In this document: in pieces, positions 1 through 9,605 of the stretch
Position numbering within the stretch: the stretch's first letter is position 1
Layout of the letters: each line of letters starts with the position of its first letter
Assembly (NCBI GenBank): GCA_027623195.1
Contig: JAQBUT010000011.1
Location: 1 to 64,000 of the forward strand
DNA: 64,000 bases
Direction of reading: 5' to 3'
Source: Chloroflexota bacterium
Lineage (GTDB): Bacteria; Chloroflexota; Dehalococcoidia; Lucifugimonadales; JADFKI01
The notes under the pieces: model-generated
What the model saw: the letters and a program-made list of their open reading frames with translations, nothing else
Told to the model about the DNA's origin: nothing
The model's database searches: none
Translations under genes and position numbers: made by a program

Positions 1-125
1 CGCTTTATCGCATCAGGTCCGCTTTGAGCCGCCTATGGCTCGCTTTCTCCCCATCGCCCCAATTCACTTTCCCAAATTCGGGATGACTCATGTCTTTTTT
101 TGAATGCAAGGGAATATTGGGACGT

Positions 126-1979
126 TTAGTCGTCTGCGGGGATAGCCTCAGGCTCCTCATCCCGGATGGCCCCAGAGAATAGTTCAGCCAACGCCTTGTC
201 TTCTGCTGTCTCGTTCACCATCAGATATTCAGCAACCTTATCAAGAGTTTCGCGATTCTTGGTAAGTCTCTTGGTGGCGTTTTCGTGGGCTTCCTGAATG
301 AGACGCCTCACCTCGGAGTCGATCTCCTCGGCAAAGTGGTCGCTGTAGTCCACCTGCTCGTGTATCTCGCGGCCCAGGAACACCATCTCTTCCCGCTTGC
401 CGAAGGTGCGGGGCCCTAGTTTAGGGCTCATGCCGAGCTGAGTGACCATAGCCCTGGCTATGCTGGTTGCCTGCTCCAGGTCGTTGCTGGCGCCTGTGGT
501 AATCTCTCCGAAAACCACTTCCTCTGCCGTCCGCCCACCAAGGGCAACGGCCAGTCGCGCCTCCAGTTCCTTTTTGGAAACCAGATTGTGCTCTTCCTCA
601 GGGGCAAATCTGGTGTAGCCGCCCATCTGGCCCCTGGAGATGATGGATATCTTGGTAACGTTGTCCGCTTCAGGAATAAGGAAGCCGACAAGGGCGTGAC
701 CTGCCTCATGGAAAGCGGTGATGCGCTTTTCTTTTTCGCTGACCACACGGCTTCTGCGGGCTGGTCCCGCGATAACCCGGTCTATGGACTCGGCGAACTC
801 TTCGTTCGTAATTATGGTCAGCTTTCTCCGGGCCGCTAAAATAGCAGACTCGTTTACCAGGTTGGCCAGGTCTGCACCGCTGAAGCCAATCGTTTGCTTG
901 GCGACTCGCGCGAGGTCTATATCGTTGGCAAGAGGCTTACCCTTGGAGTGAACTTTGAGAATCTCCTCTCGACCTTTCACGTCCGGGTTGTCCAGAATCA
1001 CCCTTCGGTCGAATCGGCCAGGGCGAAGCAGCGCAGGGTCTAGTATGTCCGGTCGGTTGGTAGCTGCCAGTACAATTACATTCGTATTTACGTCGAAGCC
1101 GTCCATCTCCACCAGGATCTGGTTCAGAGTCTGCTCGCGCTCGTCGTGACCGCCGCCTAGACCCGCACCACGATGCCTGCCCACGGCGTCGATCTCGTCT
1201 ACGAAGACGATACAAGGCGAGTTGCGCTTGGCTTGATCGAACAGGTCTCGCACGCGGGACGCTCCAACGCCTACGAACATCTCTACGAACTCTGAGCCTG
1301 ATATGGCGAAGAAGGGAACGCCCGCCTCTCCGGCCACTGCACGAGCAAGCAAAGTCTTGCCTGTGCCAGGGGGGCCAACCAGCAGGACCCCCTTTGGGAT
1401 TTTTGCGCCGAGGCTCACGAAGCGTTCCGGGAACTTCAGGAACTCAACAACCTCTTCCAACTCTTCTTTAGCCTCTTCAACGCCGGCCACATCGGAGAAG
1501 CTTACCGAAGGGCTATTGCCCACGAACATGCGGGCGCGGCTCTTGCCAAAGCTAAAGGTCTGATTGCTGCCGCCCTGGGCGTGCCGCATCATGAAAAGCA
1601 GTATGGCTCCGAAGAAAATCAGGGGAAGGAAATTAATCAGGATTCCAAACAGGCTACCCAGTCCGCTGGAGCCTTTGACTTCTATATTCACATTGGATGC
1701 CAGTGGGTTTACGCCGGCGTTCTCCAATATTTTGACGATTGAAGACCCTTCCTCCTTGCGGGAGGTAAGCGATTCGCCAGTATTGGTTATTAGGGTAAGC
1801 TTGTCGCCTCTGACCTCTATTCTTTCCACGTCTCCCCTGGCCGTCATAGTGACGACCTCGCTTATGGGAATCTCCTGCGAGCCGCCGAGGGGGTCGGAGA
1901 ATAGCGTGAAAAAAATGGCGAGCACAGCTACAATAATCAACAGGTATATGAAGCTGTTCCGCATGAGCCGGGAGTTCAT
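126..1979 (-). CDS. ftsH: ATP-dependent zinc metalloprotease FtsH
   Basis: Two N-terminal TM segments, Walker A GPPGTGKT, Walker B VFVDEID, SRH ([10 protein letters not shown]), HEAGH zinc motif. Confidence 0.98.
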   Translation of the reverse strand: MNSRLMRNSFIYLLIIVAVLAIFFTLFSDPLGGSQEIPISEVVTMTARGDVERIEVRGDKLTLITNTGESLTSRKEEGSSIVKILENAGVNPLASNVNIEVKGSSGLGSLFGILINFLPLIFFGAILLFMMRHAQGGSNQTFSFGKSRARMFVGNSPSVSFSDVAGVEEAKEELEEVVEFLKFPERFVSLGAKIPKGVLLVGPPGTGKTLLARAVAGEAGVPFFAISGSEFVEMFVGVGASRVRDLFDQAKRNSPCIVFVDEIDAVGRHRGAGLGGGHDEREQTLNQILVEMDGFDVNTNVIVLAATNRPDILDPALLRPGRFDRRVILDNPDVKGREEILKVHSKGKPLANDIDLARVAKQTIGFSGADLANLVNESAILAARRKLTIITNEEFAESIDRVIAGPARRSRVVSEKEKRITAFHEAGHALVGFLIPEADNVTKISIISRGQMGGYTRFAPEEEHNLVSKKELEARLAVALGGRTAEEVVFGEITTGASNDLEQATSIARAMVTQLGMSPKLGPRTFGKREEMVFLGREIHEQVDYSDHFAEEIDSEVRRLIQEAHENATKRLTKNRETLDKVAEYLMVNETAEDKALAELFSGAIRDEEPEAIPADD

Positions 1980-2161
1980 CAGGGGTTCCTATCTACCTAT
2001 AGGTCCGCGTTTAGTGTGCAGAAGATTTCTAATCGAATCAGGCAATGCAGGAGGGCTTCCGCCACAAGCACCACGCTATTCGCAGTATAACAGAAGGGGC
2101 CTAGAAAATATCTGATACGGGCCTGGTTCCCATGGGAAACGGCTATGGATCTGCCCGTGCA

Positions 2162-2190
2162 TTGACATACTTTGTAGGGCGCAATAACAT
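2162..2190 (+). promoter_or_regulatory. sigma70-type promoter of the gcv operon
   Basis: TTGACA (2162-2167), 17-nt spacer, TAACAT (2185-2190). Confidence 0.6.
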
Positions 2191-2273
2191 GCCGCCGGGC
2201 TTGGCGAACATTACACGAATTAGCCTACTTAACCTTAATCTGGTATTGGAACGCCAAGGAAGGGCGAACAAAC

Positions 2274-3380
2274 ATGGACGATAATGTGCACCTTCAGCGG
2301 ACTCCACTCTACGATGCCCACGTTAAACAGGGTGGTAGACTGGTGCCCTTCGCCGGATGGGAAATGCCTATCCAGTACACGGGCATTCTCGATGAGGCCA
2401 GAGCAGTAAGGTCCTCCGTAGGCATTTTCGACGTGTCGCACATGGGGCGCTTGGAGATTTCTGGGTCCGGCGCGGCGAATCTTCTTAATAGGGTTTTGAG
2501 CGTTAACGCGTCGGCCCTTAGGCTTGAACGCGCCCGATACAACGTCATTTGCGACGAGTCCGGTGGCATAATTGACGATTGCATTGTTTACCGCAGGTCT
2601 GAGGAGATGTTTCTGCTGGTGCCCAATGCCTCCAATACGGATTCCGTTCTCCAATGGTTGGCCCGCTGGAACGAGCCTGATGCCGGAGTGGCCATCGTAA
2701 ACGTTACGTCTGAATCGGCGATGATCGCGATACAGGGGCCAGACGCGGTCGGCATGGTGGACGGTCTATGTGATATAGATGCGTCCGCAGTGAGGCCCTT
2801 CGCCACGGTGAAGGCTTCGATTGGGTCGAGCCAAGTGTGGCTGGCACGTACGGGCTACACTGGTGAAGACGGCTTCGAAATCATCGTCCCCGCTGATAGC
2901 GCAGGGGAGCTTTGGAACGCCCTTGCGAGTGCAGGAGCGACGCCTTGCGGCCTGGGCGCTCGGGATGTTCTCCGCCTGGAGGCTGGACTTCTCCTGCATG
3001 GAAACGAGATGGATACGGGCGTCAATCCTTACGAGGCAGGACTGGACCGGTTCGTCGACCCAGATAGAGACGGTTACGTGGCAGGTCCGGTGCTAAATCG
3101 ATTAAAGAAGGCGGGATTATCCAAAAGACTGGTTGGATTTGTCCTTACCGGAAGAGGCGGCATTCCCCGACACGGTTACGCTATACTGGGTGGCGCTGAA
3201 AGCATTGGAATCGTAACCAGCGGTGTGCACTCCCCGACCCTGGATTGCAGCATCGGAATGGGTTACGTTGGCATCCAATATGCTGATCCCGGCACCGTCA
3301 TTCAAATTGACATCCGGGGCCGGATAGTCGACGCTGAAGTAACAGAATTGCCATTTTATTCACGGAGAAGAAGCGGATGA
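2274..3380 (+). CDS. gcvT: Glycine cleavage system T protein (aminomethyltransferase)
   Basis: RTPLY...FAGWEMP, FDVSHMG, RTGYTGEDGFE, GLGARDVLRLEAG motifs. Confidence 0.97.
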   Translation: MDDNVHLQRTPLYDAHVKQGGRLVPFAGWEMPIQYTGILDEARAVRSSVGIFDVSHMGRLEISGSGAANLLNRVLSVNASALRLERARYNVICDESGGIIDDCIVYRRSEEMFLLVPNASNTDSVLQWLARWNEPDAGVAIVNVTSESAMIAIQGPDAVGMVDGLCDIDASAVRPFATVKASIGSSQVWLARTGYTGEDGFEIIVPADSAGELWNALASAGATPCGLGARDVLRLEAGLLLHGNEMDTGVNPYEAGLDRFVDPDRDGYVAGPVLNRLKKAGLSKRLVGFVLTGRGGIPRHGYAILGGAESIGIVTSGVHSPTLDCSIGMGYVGIQYADPGTVIQIDIRGRIVDAEVTELPFYSRRRSG

Positions 3381-3763
3381 ATCCTGCGGAACTTAAGTAT
3401 TCTGAAGAGCATGAATGGGTCCAGGTTGAGTCGGAAACGGTAGTGCTGGTTGGCATAACCGAGTTCGCTGCCGAAAGCCTTGGTGACGTTGTCTACGTGG
3501 ACCTGCCAGAGGTTGACGCTAACGTTGGGCAGTTTGAGAAGATGGGTGAGATAGAATCTGTTAAGGCCGTCTCTGACCTATACTCGCCTGTAAGCGGCAA
3601 GATTACCGAGCGCAACGAGCAGGTGTTGGACAACCCTCAGCTCGTTAATGACGCTCCCTTCGAGGGTGGTTGGCTGATTCGTGTGCTCCTAGACGACCCG
3701 TCTCAGCTGGACAAGCTAATGTCTGCCTACCAGTACGAGTCTTTCCTGGCGTCCCAAGACTGA
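3377..3763 (+). CDS. gcvH: Glycine cleavage system H protein
   Basis: YSEEHEWV and lipoyl-lysine motif IESVKAVSDLYSP. Confidence 0.97.
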   Translation: MNPAELKYSEEHEWVQVESETVVLVGITEFAAESLGDVVYVDLPEVDANVGQFEKMGEIESVKAVSDLYSPVSGKITERNEQVLDNPQLVNDAPFEGGWLIRVLLDDPSQLDKLMSAYQYESFLASQD

Positions 3764-3770
3764 TCTGGAC

Positions 3771-5102
3771 ATGCCGATGGACTCACACGGTTTCGTATCT
3801 CCTTACAGCCCCAACACGGATAGTGATAGGCGGGAAATGCTGGACGCCATAGGCGTCGACTCAGTCGAGGAACTGTTTGAAGACATTCCCGAAGCCTACC
3901 GACATCCGCCGCTGAATCTGCCCCCTCCCAAGTCCGAGATGGAGCTTCTTCGCTACGCTGAGGAGTTGGCCTCTATGAATGGCGTTCCGGGCGACTACGC
4001 CTGTTTTCTGGGCGCTGGCTCGTACAGGCACTACGTTCCAGCGATCGTGCGGCAACTGACTAGCCGCAGCGAGTATGTGACTTCGTATACCCCCTATCAG
4101 CCCGAGGTTTCTCAGGGCACGCTACAGACCGAGTTTGAGTTCCAAACCCTCTGCGCTCAACTGACCGGCATGGACGTTGCCAACGCTGGCATGTACGACG
4201 GGGCCACGTCGCTAGCTGAGGGGGCGTTGATGGCCGTACGCGTAAACGGAGGCCGACGGATTGCCGTGCTGGATAGCGTGTCGCCGAGGTATGTCGAGGT
4301 GCTGGAGACGTATACCAAATCTCAAGGCATCGAGATCGACATTATTTCCGCCGATAACCTTACTTTGGCAGACGACACCGCATGCCTCCTGGCGCAGCAG
4401 CCCAATTTCTACGGCTACCTGGAGGACATGCAGGCCATAGCCGATAAGGTACACGAGCAGGACGCCCTGTTTGTCGTCTACGCCGATCCTTTCGCCATGG
4501 CCTTGTTCAAGCCCCCGGGTGAGTACGATGCGGACATTGTGGCATCGGAGGGGCAGGCGCTGGGAGTTGCGCCGACTTTTGGAGGACCGTACGTCGGCAT
4601 CTTCGCCTGCAAGCAGCAGTACATACGGCAGATGCCCGGACGAATTGTGGGCCGGACTGTGGACTCAGATGGCAAGATTGGCTACGTCCTCACGTTGCAG
4701 ACTCGCGAGCAGCACATCAGGAGGGAGCGCGCCACATCCAACATATGCACATCGGTGGCCTTGATTGCGCTAATGTCTACGGTGTTCATGGCAGCCAACG
4801 GCAAGAAGGGCATGCGTCACCTGGCTGAGTTGACCTATCACAAGGCCCACTACCTGGCGTCGCTAATAGAGAGAATACCTGGCTACTCCCTGCGCATGGA
4901 CGGAACATTCTTCCAGGAGTTCGTTGTTGAGTGCCCAATCTCACCCTCAGAAATCAACGACAAGCTGCTTTCTCAGAAGATCATAGGTGGTCTGGACGTG
5001 AGCGACATGGTGCCCAATGGAATGCTGGTATGTGCTACCGAGGTGAACTCTCGCGAAGAGATTGAGGCCTTCGCCCACGCGTTGGCAGAGGCGGTCGCCT
5101 GA
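3771..5102 (+). CDS. gcvPA: Glycine dehydrogenase subunit 1
   Basis: YTPYQPEVSQG, MYDGAT, REQHIRRERATSNICT. Confidence 0.97.
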   Translation: MPMDSHGFVSPYSPNTDSDRREMLDAIGVDSVEELFEDIPEAYRHPPLNLPPPKSEMELLRYAEELASMNGVPGDYACFLGAGSYRHYVPAIVRQLTSRSEYVTSYTPYQPEVSQGTLQTEFEFQTLCAQLTGMDVANAGMYDGATSLAEGALMAVRVNGGRRIAVLDSVSPRYVEVLETYTKSQGIEIDIISADNLTLADDTACLLAQQPNFYGYLEDMQAIADKVHEQDALFVVYADPFAMALFKPPGEYDADIVASEGQALGVAPTFGGPYVGIFACKQQYIRQMPGRIVGRTVDSDGKIGYVLTLQTREQHIRRERATSNICTSVALIALMSTVFMAANGKKGMRHLAELTYHKAHYLASLIERIPGYSLRMDGTFFQEFVVECPISPSEINDKLLSQKIIGGLDVSDMVPNGMLVCATEVNSREEIEAFAHALAEAVA

Positions 5103-6595
5103 TGGCAACGAAGAATCCCCTACAGCTAAAGTACGAAGAGAGCCGCCGTCGTCTTCTTATGGACCGTAGCGTTCCAGGCAGGATGGGCGTTAGTTTGCCT
5201 CCCAACGACGTGCCGGAGCAGCCCATGCCGGGCTCCGACATACTTCGGAACGAAATGGATTTTCCTGAGGTCACCGAAGGCGAGATTGTTCGCTATTTTT
5301 CCCAGTTGAGCCAGTTTAACTTTTCCATAGACCACAACTTCTACCCCCTGGGCAGTTGCACAATGAAGTACAACCCCAAGGTTAACGACGAGGTCGCGGG
5401 TTTGCGGGGCTTCACAGATATCCATCCCCTCCAGCCGGAGTCCACCGTCCAGGGCGCGCTGAAGCTAATGTGGGAGCTCCAGGAGTACCTGGCGGAGATA
5501 ACCGGAATGCCCGGCGTATCGCTAGCTCCTATGGCTGGTGCCGATGGCGAACTGGCGGGCATGCTCATGGCGCGGGCTTATCACCTCGAGCGGGGGGATA
5601 CGCAGCGCACCAAAGTGCTCATTCCGGACAGCGCACACGGGACCAATCCTGCCACGGCAACCATGTCTGGATTTGAAGTGGTCACGCTTCCTTCCGACGC
5701 ACGTGGGGACACCGACCTGGACGCCCTGCGAAACTCCGTGGGCGATGACCTGGCGGGTCTGATGATTACTCTTCCCAGCACCCTGGGTCTGTTCGATAGC
5801 AATATCGATCAGGTAGTCAAGATAGTCCGAGATGCCGGGGGTATAGTGTACGGGGATGGCGCGAACTTGAATGCGTTGCTTGGCCGAGTGCGAATGGGGG
5901 ACTTGGGATTCGACGTTATGCATTCGAATCTTCACAAGACATTTACACAGCCACACGGTGGTGGTGGCCCTGGCTCCGGACCGGTGTTAGTGGGGCCCAG
6001 GCTCTTGCCGTACCTGCCCACGCCTTGGGTCACACGGCGCGCCGACGGCGAAGACGAGACTTTCAGCTTCACCACTCCGGAAAAAAGCATAGGACGCATG
6101 GCGGCGTTCCATGGTAACTTCGGAGCACTGGTCAGGGCTTACGCCTATATCAGCACACTGGGCAAGGAAGGCATAGCGGCCATAAGCGATGACGCCGTCC
6201 TCAACGCCAATTACGTGATGAGTCAGCTAAAGGACGATTACGATCTGCCTTACGACAGGGTCTGCATGCACGAGGTTGTTCTGTCGGCTCGTACACTGAA
6301 GCGCCAGCATGGCGTTAGTGCGCTGGATGTGGCCAAGCGTCTAATAGATTACGGTATTCATCCTCCCACAATGTATTTTCCCCTCATCGTTGAGGAGGCC
6401 CTTATGGTCGAGCCCACGGAGACCGAATCCAAAGAGACTCTTGACTATTTCATCGAGGTAATGAAAACTATAGCGCGGGAAGCCCGCGACGAGCCTAGTC
6501 TGCTGCATGACGCTCCTCACGACACTCCGAATTCACGACTGGATGAGGCCAGGGCAGCCCGTCAGCCCGACCTTCGGTGGCGTCGACAGACTTAG
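5102..6595 (+). CDS. gcvPB: Glycine dehydrogenase subunit 2
   Basis: YPLGSCTMKYNP, SAHGTNPA, PLP-lysine motif NLHKTFTQPHGGGGPG. Confidence 0.97.
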   Translation: MATKNPLQLKYEESRRRLLMDRSVPGRMGVSLPPNDVPEQPMPGSDILRNEMDFPEVTEGEIVRYFSQLSQFNFSIDHNFYPLGSCTMKYNPKVNDEVAGLRGFTDIHPLQPESTVQGALKLMWELQEYLAEITGMPGVSLAPMAGADGELAGMLMARAYHLERGDTQRTKVLIPDSAHGTNPATATMSGFEVVTLPSDARGDTDLDALRNSVGDDLAGLMITLPSTLGLFDSNIDQVVKIVRDAGGIVYGDGANLNALLGRVRMGDLGFDVMHSNLHKTFTQPHGGGGPGSGPVLVGPRLLPYLPTPWVTRRADGEDETFSFTTPEKSIGRMAAFHGNFGALVRAYAYISTLGKEGIAAISDDAVLNANYVMSQLKDDYDLPYDRVCMHEVVLSARTLKRQHGVSALDVAKRLIDYGIHPPTMYFPLIVEEALMVEPTETESKETLDYFIEVMKTIAREARDEPSLLHDAPHDTPNSRLDEARAARQPDLRWRRQT

Positions 6596-6649
6596 TCTCC
6601 ATTGGCTCCCGTGACCGAAACCTTGGAATTTCCTAGTTAGGAGTAAAGC

Positions 6650-7108
6650 ATGGCAGATGTTGGACAGCAGGCGCCGGATTTCACACTTCCAGCGCAAGAT
6701 TCGAGCGCGGTATCGCTCAGCGATTACAAAGGGAAGAAGAACGTAGTTCTCTCGTTCCACATATTCTCATTCACAGGTGGTTGAACGGACCAAGTCTCCT
6801 TGTTCCGCAGGGCCAACGCCCTGTTCGAGGAGAAGGATACCCAGGTTCTGGGTATAAGCAACGACTCCAGGCCGACACAGACGGCCTATTCGATGTCTTT
6901 GGGTAATATTTCTTACCCAATATTGTCGGACTTCCATCCCAAGGGACAGGTGACCAATGCCTATGGGATTTGGAACGAGCAGCGCGGGGCGTCCAACCGC
7001 GCAATCTTCGTAATAGATAAAGAAGGCGTTATCCGTTTCAAGCGGATCTACGACAGCGCCGCCGATCTGGACCCCAAGGACATCCTGGCGGAGATCGATA
7101 AGCTGTAG
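6650..7108 (+). CDS. AhpE-like peroxiredoxin, probable selenoprotein (in-frame UGA at codon 45, 152 aa)
   Basis: SD AGGAG then ATG 6650; MADVGQQAPDFTLP...VVLSFHIFSFTGG-TGA(6782-6784)-TDQ continues in frame into track ORF 6800..7108 (LSDFHPKG..YG, RAIFVIDKEG); the TGA sits at the peroxidatic Cys position. Confidence 0.85.
6795..6833 (+). other. Candidate bacterial SECIS hairpin
   Basis: TCTCCT(6795-6800)/AGGAGA(6828-6833) lower stem and CAGGGC-CAAC-GCCCTG upper stem; the loop begins about 29 nt after the UGA. Confidence 0.55.
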
Positions 7109-7133
7109 GGATTCCTGAGGGTTAGGCAAGTAT

Positions 7134-7177
7134 AGAGGGCCGGCTGAACAATACGCAGACCGGCCCTCTCGTGTTTT
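7134..7177 (+). terminator. Hairpin/terminator after the gcv-peroxiredoxin cluster
   Basis: AGAGGGCCGG...CCGGCCCTCT inverted repeat followed by a weak T tract. Confidence 0.55.
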
Positions 7178-7220
7178 CCAAAATCTGTATGGGCCGCTGG
7201 GACGGTTCTGGAGTAACTAT

Positions 7221-8075
7221 ATGGTGGAAATTAAGGCGCCTTCTCAGCTCTTTGGCGTGGGCGACAAGGTTCTTATACAGGACAAACGAGGTAGGCATTA
7301 CCTCATCACACTGGCCCTATCCAAAAAATTTGAGTCGCATATCGGCGCCTTTCCGCATGAGGACTTGATCGGTCAGGAGGACGGTGCGTGGGTGACCACG
7401 AACAAAGGCCATGTCCTGCTGGCAGTGAAGCCCACCATGGCCGAATATGTCGTTGAGATGCCTCGTATCGCCACCGTTAGCTATCCAAAGGACACTGGAG
7501 CAATTCTTGTGTATGGCGATATCTTTCCGGGCGCTCGGGTGCTGGAAGCGGGCTCCGGCTCTGGCGCGCTAACGATGAATTTGCTTCGGGCCGTGGGTGA
7601 GCATGGCCGGGTGTACTCATATGACTTGCGCGAGGATATGCTGGCCCGGGCCCAAAAGAACGTAGAATCCATGCTGGGAGACGCGCCTAATGTCGAGTTC
7701 AAACAGGGCGACGTCTACCAGGGAATCGACGAAGACGATTTGGACCGCGTAGTCTTAGACCTGCCTGAGCCTTGGCAGGTAGTGCCGCATGCTTCGGACA
7801 AGCTGGCGCGCGGCGGTCTGTTCGTTAGCTTCCTGCCAACCGTTTTGCAAATTCATGAGTTGACCAATGCCCTACGAGAACAACGCACCTTCGAGATGAT
7901 CGAGACTTTTGAGGTTCTCATGAGGCCATGGGCCGTGAGTGGTCGCAGCGTTCGGCCATCGCACAGGATGGTCGGGCATACAGGATTCATTACTACGGCA
8001 CGCAGGTGCGCGCCCCGCCCCTACCCTTCCGCCCTACAGGAAGAAGCGCCGGAAACTGAGGAAACTACTGACTAG
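7221..8075 (+). CDS. trmI: tRNA (adenine-N1)-methyltransferase TrmI
   Basis: MPRIATVSYPKD, VLEAGSGSGAL, LDLPEPW, RPSHRMVGHTGF. Confidence 0.93.
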   Translation: MVEIKAPSQLFGVGDKVLIQDKRGRHYLITLALSKKFESHIGAFPHEDLIGQEDGAWVTTNKGHVLLAVKPTMAEYVVEMPRIATVSYPKDTGAILVYGDIFPGARVLEAGSGSGALTMNLLRAVGEHGRVYSYDLREDMLARAQKNVESMLGDAPNVEFKQGDVYQGIDEDDLDRVVLDLPEPWQVVPHASDKLARGGLFVSFLPTVLQIHELTNALREQRTFEMIETFEVLMRPWAVSGRSVRPSHRMVGHTGFITTARRCAPRPYPSALQEEAPETEETTD

Positions 8076-9298
8076 TCGTCCTCTTTGCCTTCGTCCGGCC
8101 ACAAAGCGTCTAACGTGAAGTTTGATTGCGGGTAGGTGGATTCCGTTGTGGACATGTGATGATCTGCCTTAATCGGTGGGGTTACATCTTCCAGGAAAGC
8201 CTTGGAGGGAAACAGGTTCCCTGCAGACAGGCCCGGAATGCCTTTGGACTGCACCAGGACTTTGAAGTTACCGAAGCCTTCGGCGTCAGCCAGTTCCTGC
8301 ATGGCTCGCAAGTTGGAGGTACGTTCGCGCAGAGGGATGTCCAGCCTTCTCAAGCCCTCCATCATGGCGTCCAAACCAAGCCCCTTAAAGTAATCGCCCT
8401 GGTTCAGGTAGGTCACGTTTCGCAGTCCGCTTGATTCCCCGTCCGACATTAGCTGCGAAAAATCGACGTGAGCCGTGAGGTCTTGTCTCCCGATGCGCTG
8501 GTAAGGGCTGGAACCATCTACATGTTTGTAGTAGGTCTGTAGGGTGCCCATAGTTCTGGCTGGTGAATAGAGCTCTTCCGATAGGTATCCGTAATCGACG
8601 GTAATCACGAAGCCTCGATCAAGTGAAGACGCTATTTCTCGAATCCAGGGTTCCATGTGCAAGTTGACCTCGCCCTCATAACCGTCCGGCCAACCCCAGT
8701 CCAGTCTAGCCAGCCGCCTCTCGATGTCGGGAGTTGAAGGCTCTCCCGTCACCTCAATGATTCCGTCGCGGTCATTGTATGAAACGTAAATCTCTCGAAG
8801 GCGGCCCGCCTCCATACGGAAGCGATGTACTGGAAAGGCGTCCGGTAGCTCGTTCGAGAAAATACATCCCGTAATGCCTCTTAGTGGTACGCCTTCCGTA
8901 AGAATGCGTTGGCCTGTGCTGGATTCAACAGACGTAGGATACCTGTCCAGAGACAAGTAACAAATGGATGTCTGAAAGGCCAAGGGAAGATTGCTCACAT
9001 AAGCGGCAAGGTCTCGACTGAGGATGCCTGCGCCCGCCCCAAGCTCAACGGCGTAAAATGGGCTCGGCCTGTCCAGTAGCTCCCACATGCTATAAAGCTG
9101 ATTGGCGATGCAGGCCCCAAACGCTGGGTGTACGGCGGGGCCTGTGTAGAAGTCGCCAGACTCCCCAAAAGGCGCGGGCGATGAGTAATAACCTCCGTCC
9201 GGGTGGTATAGCGCCAGCCGCATGAACTCTTCGAAGGTGATCTTGCCTTCTTGTCTTATTCTGCGCCTGATCTCTTTCTCTGGTCCGCTTTTACTCAT
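8072..9298 (-). CDS. SAM-dependent methyltransferase, MidA/NDUFAF7 family
   Basis: ITFEEFMRLALYHPDGGYY, GDFYT, VELGAGAG, SNELPDAFP, DYG, DLTAHVDF. Confidence 0.9.
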   Translation of the reverse strand: MSKSGPEKEIRRRIRQEGKITFEEFMRLALYHPDGGYYSSPAPFGESGDFYTGPAVHPAFGACIANQLYSMWELLDRPSPFYAVELGAGAGILSRDLAAYVSNLPLAFQTSICYLSLDRYPTSVESSTGQRILTEGVPLRGITGCIFSNELPDAFPVHRFRMEAGRLREIYVSYNDRDGIIEVTGEPSTPDIERRLARLDWGWPDGYEGEVNLHMEPWIREIASSLDRGFVITVDYGYLSEELYSPARTMGTLQTYYKHVDGSSPYQRIGRQDLTAHVDFSQLMSDGESSGLRNVTYLNQGDYFKGLGLDAMMEGLRRLDIPLRERTSNLRAMQELADAEGFGNFKVLVQSKGIPGLSAGNLFPSKAFLEDVTPPIKADHHMSTTESTYPQSNFTLDALWPDEGKEDD

Positions 9299-9313
9299 AG
9301 TATTGACCTAAAT

Positions 9314-9346
9314 AAAAAAGGGAGGCACCTGCGAAGATGCCTCCCT
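9314..9346 (-). terminator. Intrinsic terminator
   Basis: AGGGAGGCA...TGCCTCCCT stem with an A-run on + (U-tract on -). Confidence 0.7.
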
Positions 9347-9369
9347 GATATTCATAAATTACGACGAAT

Positions 9370-9573
9370 TTAGGTAGTCGTTTTGGCCTGTTTAGCACGC
9401 CTGCCCTGTGGGTTTTCTCGGTCCCAGCCGGAACCTTGAATTGAGTTCTTGAACTCGGATCGCTCGCCGCAGTGCTTGCAGACACCGTTGCTGACTGGGC
9501 CATTGGGGCTATCGATCATCCAGTAATGTTGGCACTCTGATACTGGTTGCTCCACTTCTTCATCTGCTGTCAA
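9370..9573 (-). CDS. Small hypothetical protein with CxH...CxxC (putative Zn ribbon)
   Basis: 67 aa, TTG start with upstream purine-rich GGGGGA, CQHYW..CKHC, followed by a terminator. Confidence 0.7.
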   Translation of the reverse strand: MTADEEVEQPVSECQHYWMIDSPNGPVSNGVCKHCGERSEFKNSIQGSGWDRENPQGRRAKQAKTTT

Positions 9574-9605
9574 AGTTCATTCCCCCTAATCACCACCCAA
9601 GGTGT

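Noticed and set aside
2191..2273. Glycine riboswitch upstream of gcvT
   Set aside because: The leader is only ~80 nt and lacks the GGAGA/CCGAAG/CTCTCAGG motifs; only a 7-bp CTTGGCG/CGCCAAG pairing near the SD is present
6800..7108. 102-aa stand-alone ORF from the track
   Set aside because: It is the C-terminal part of the UGA-containing peroxiredoxin that starts at 6650
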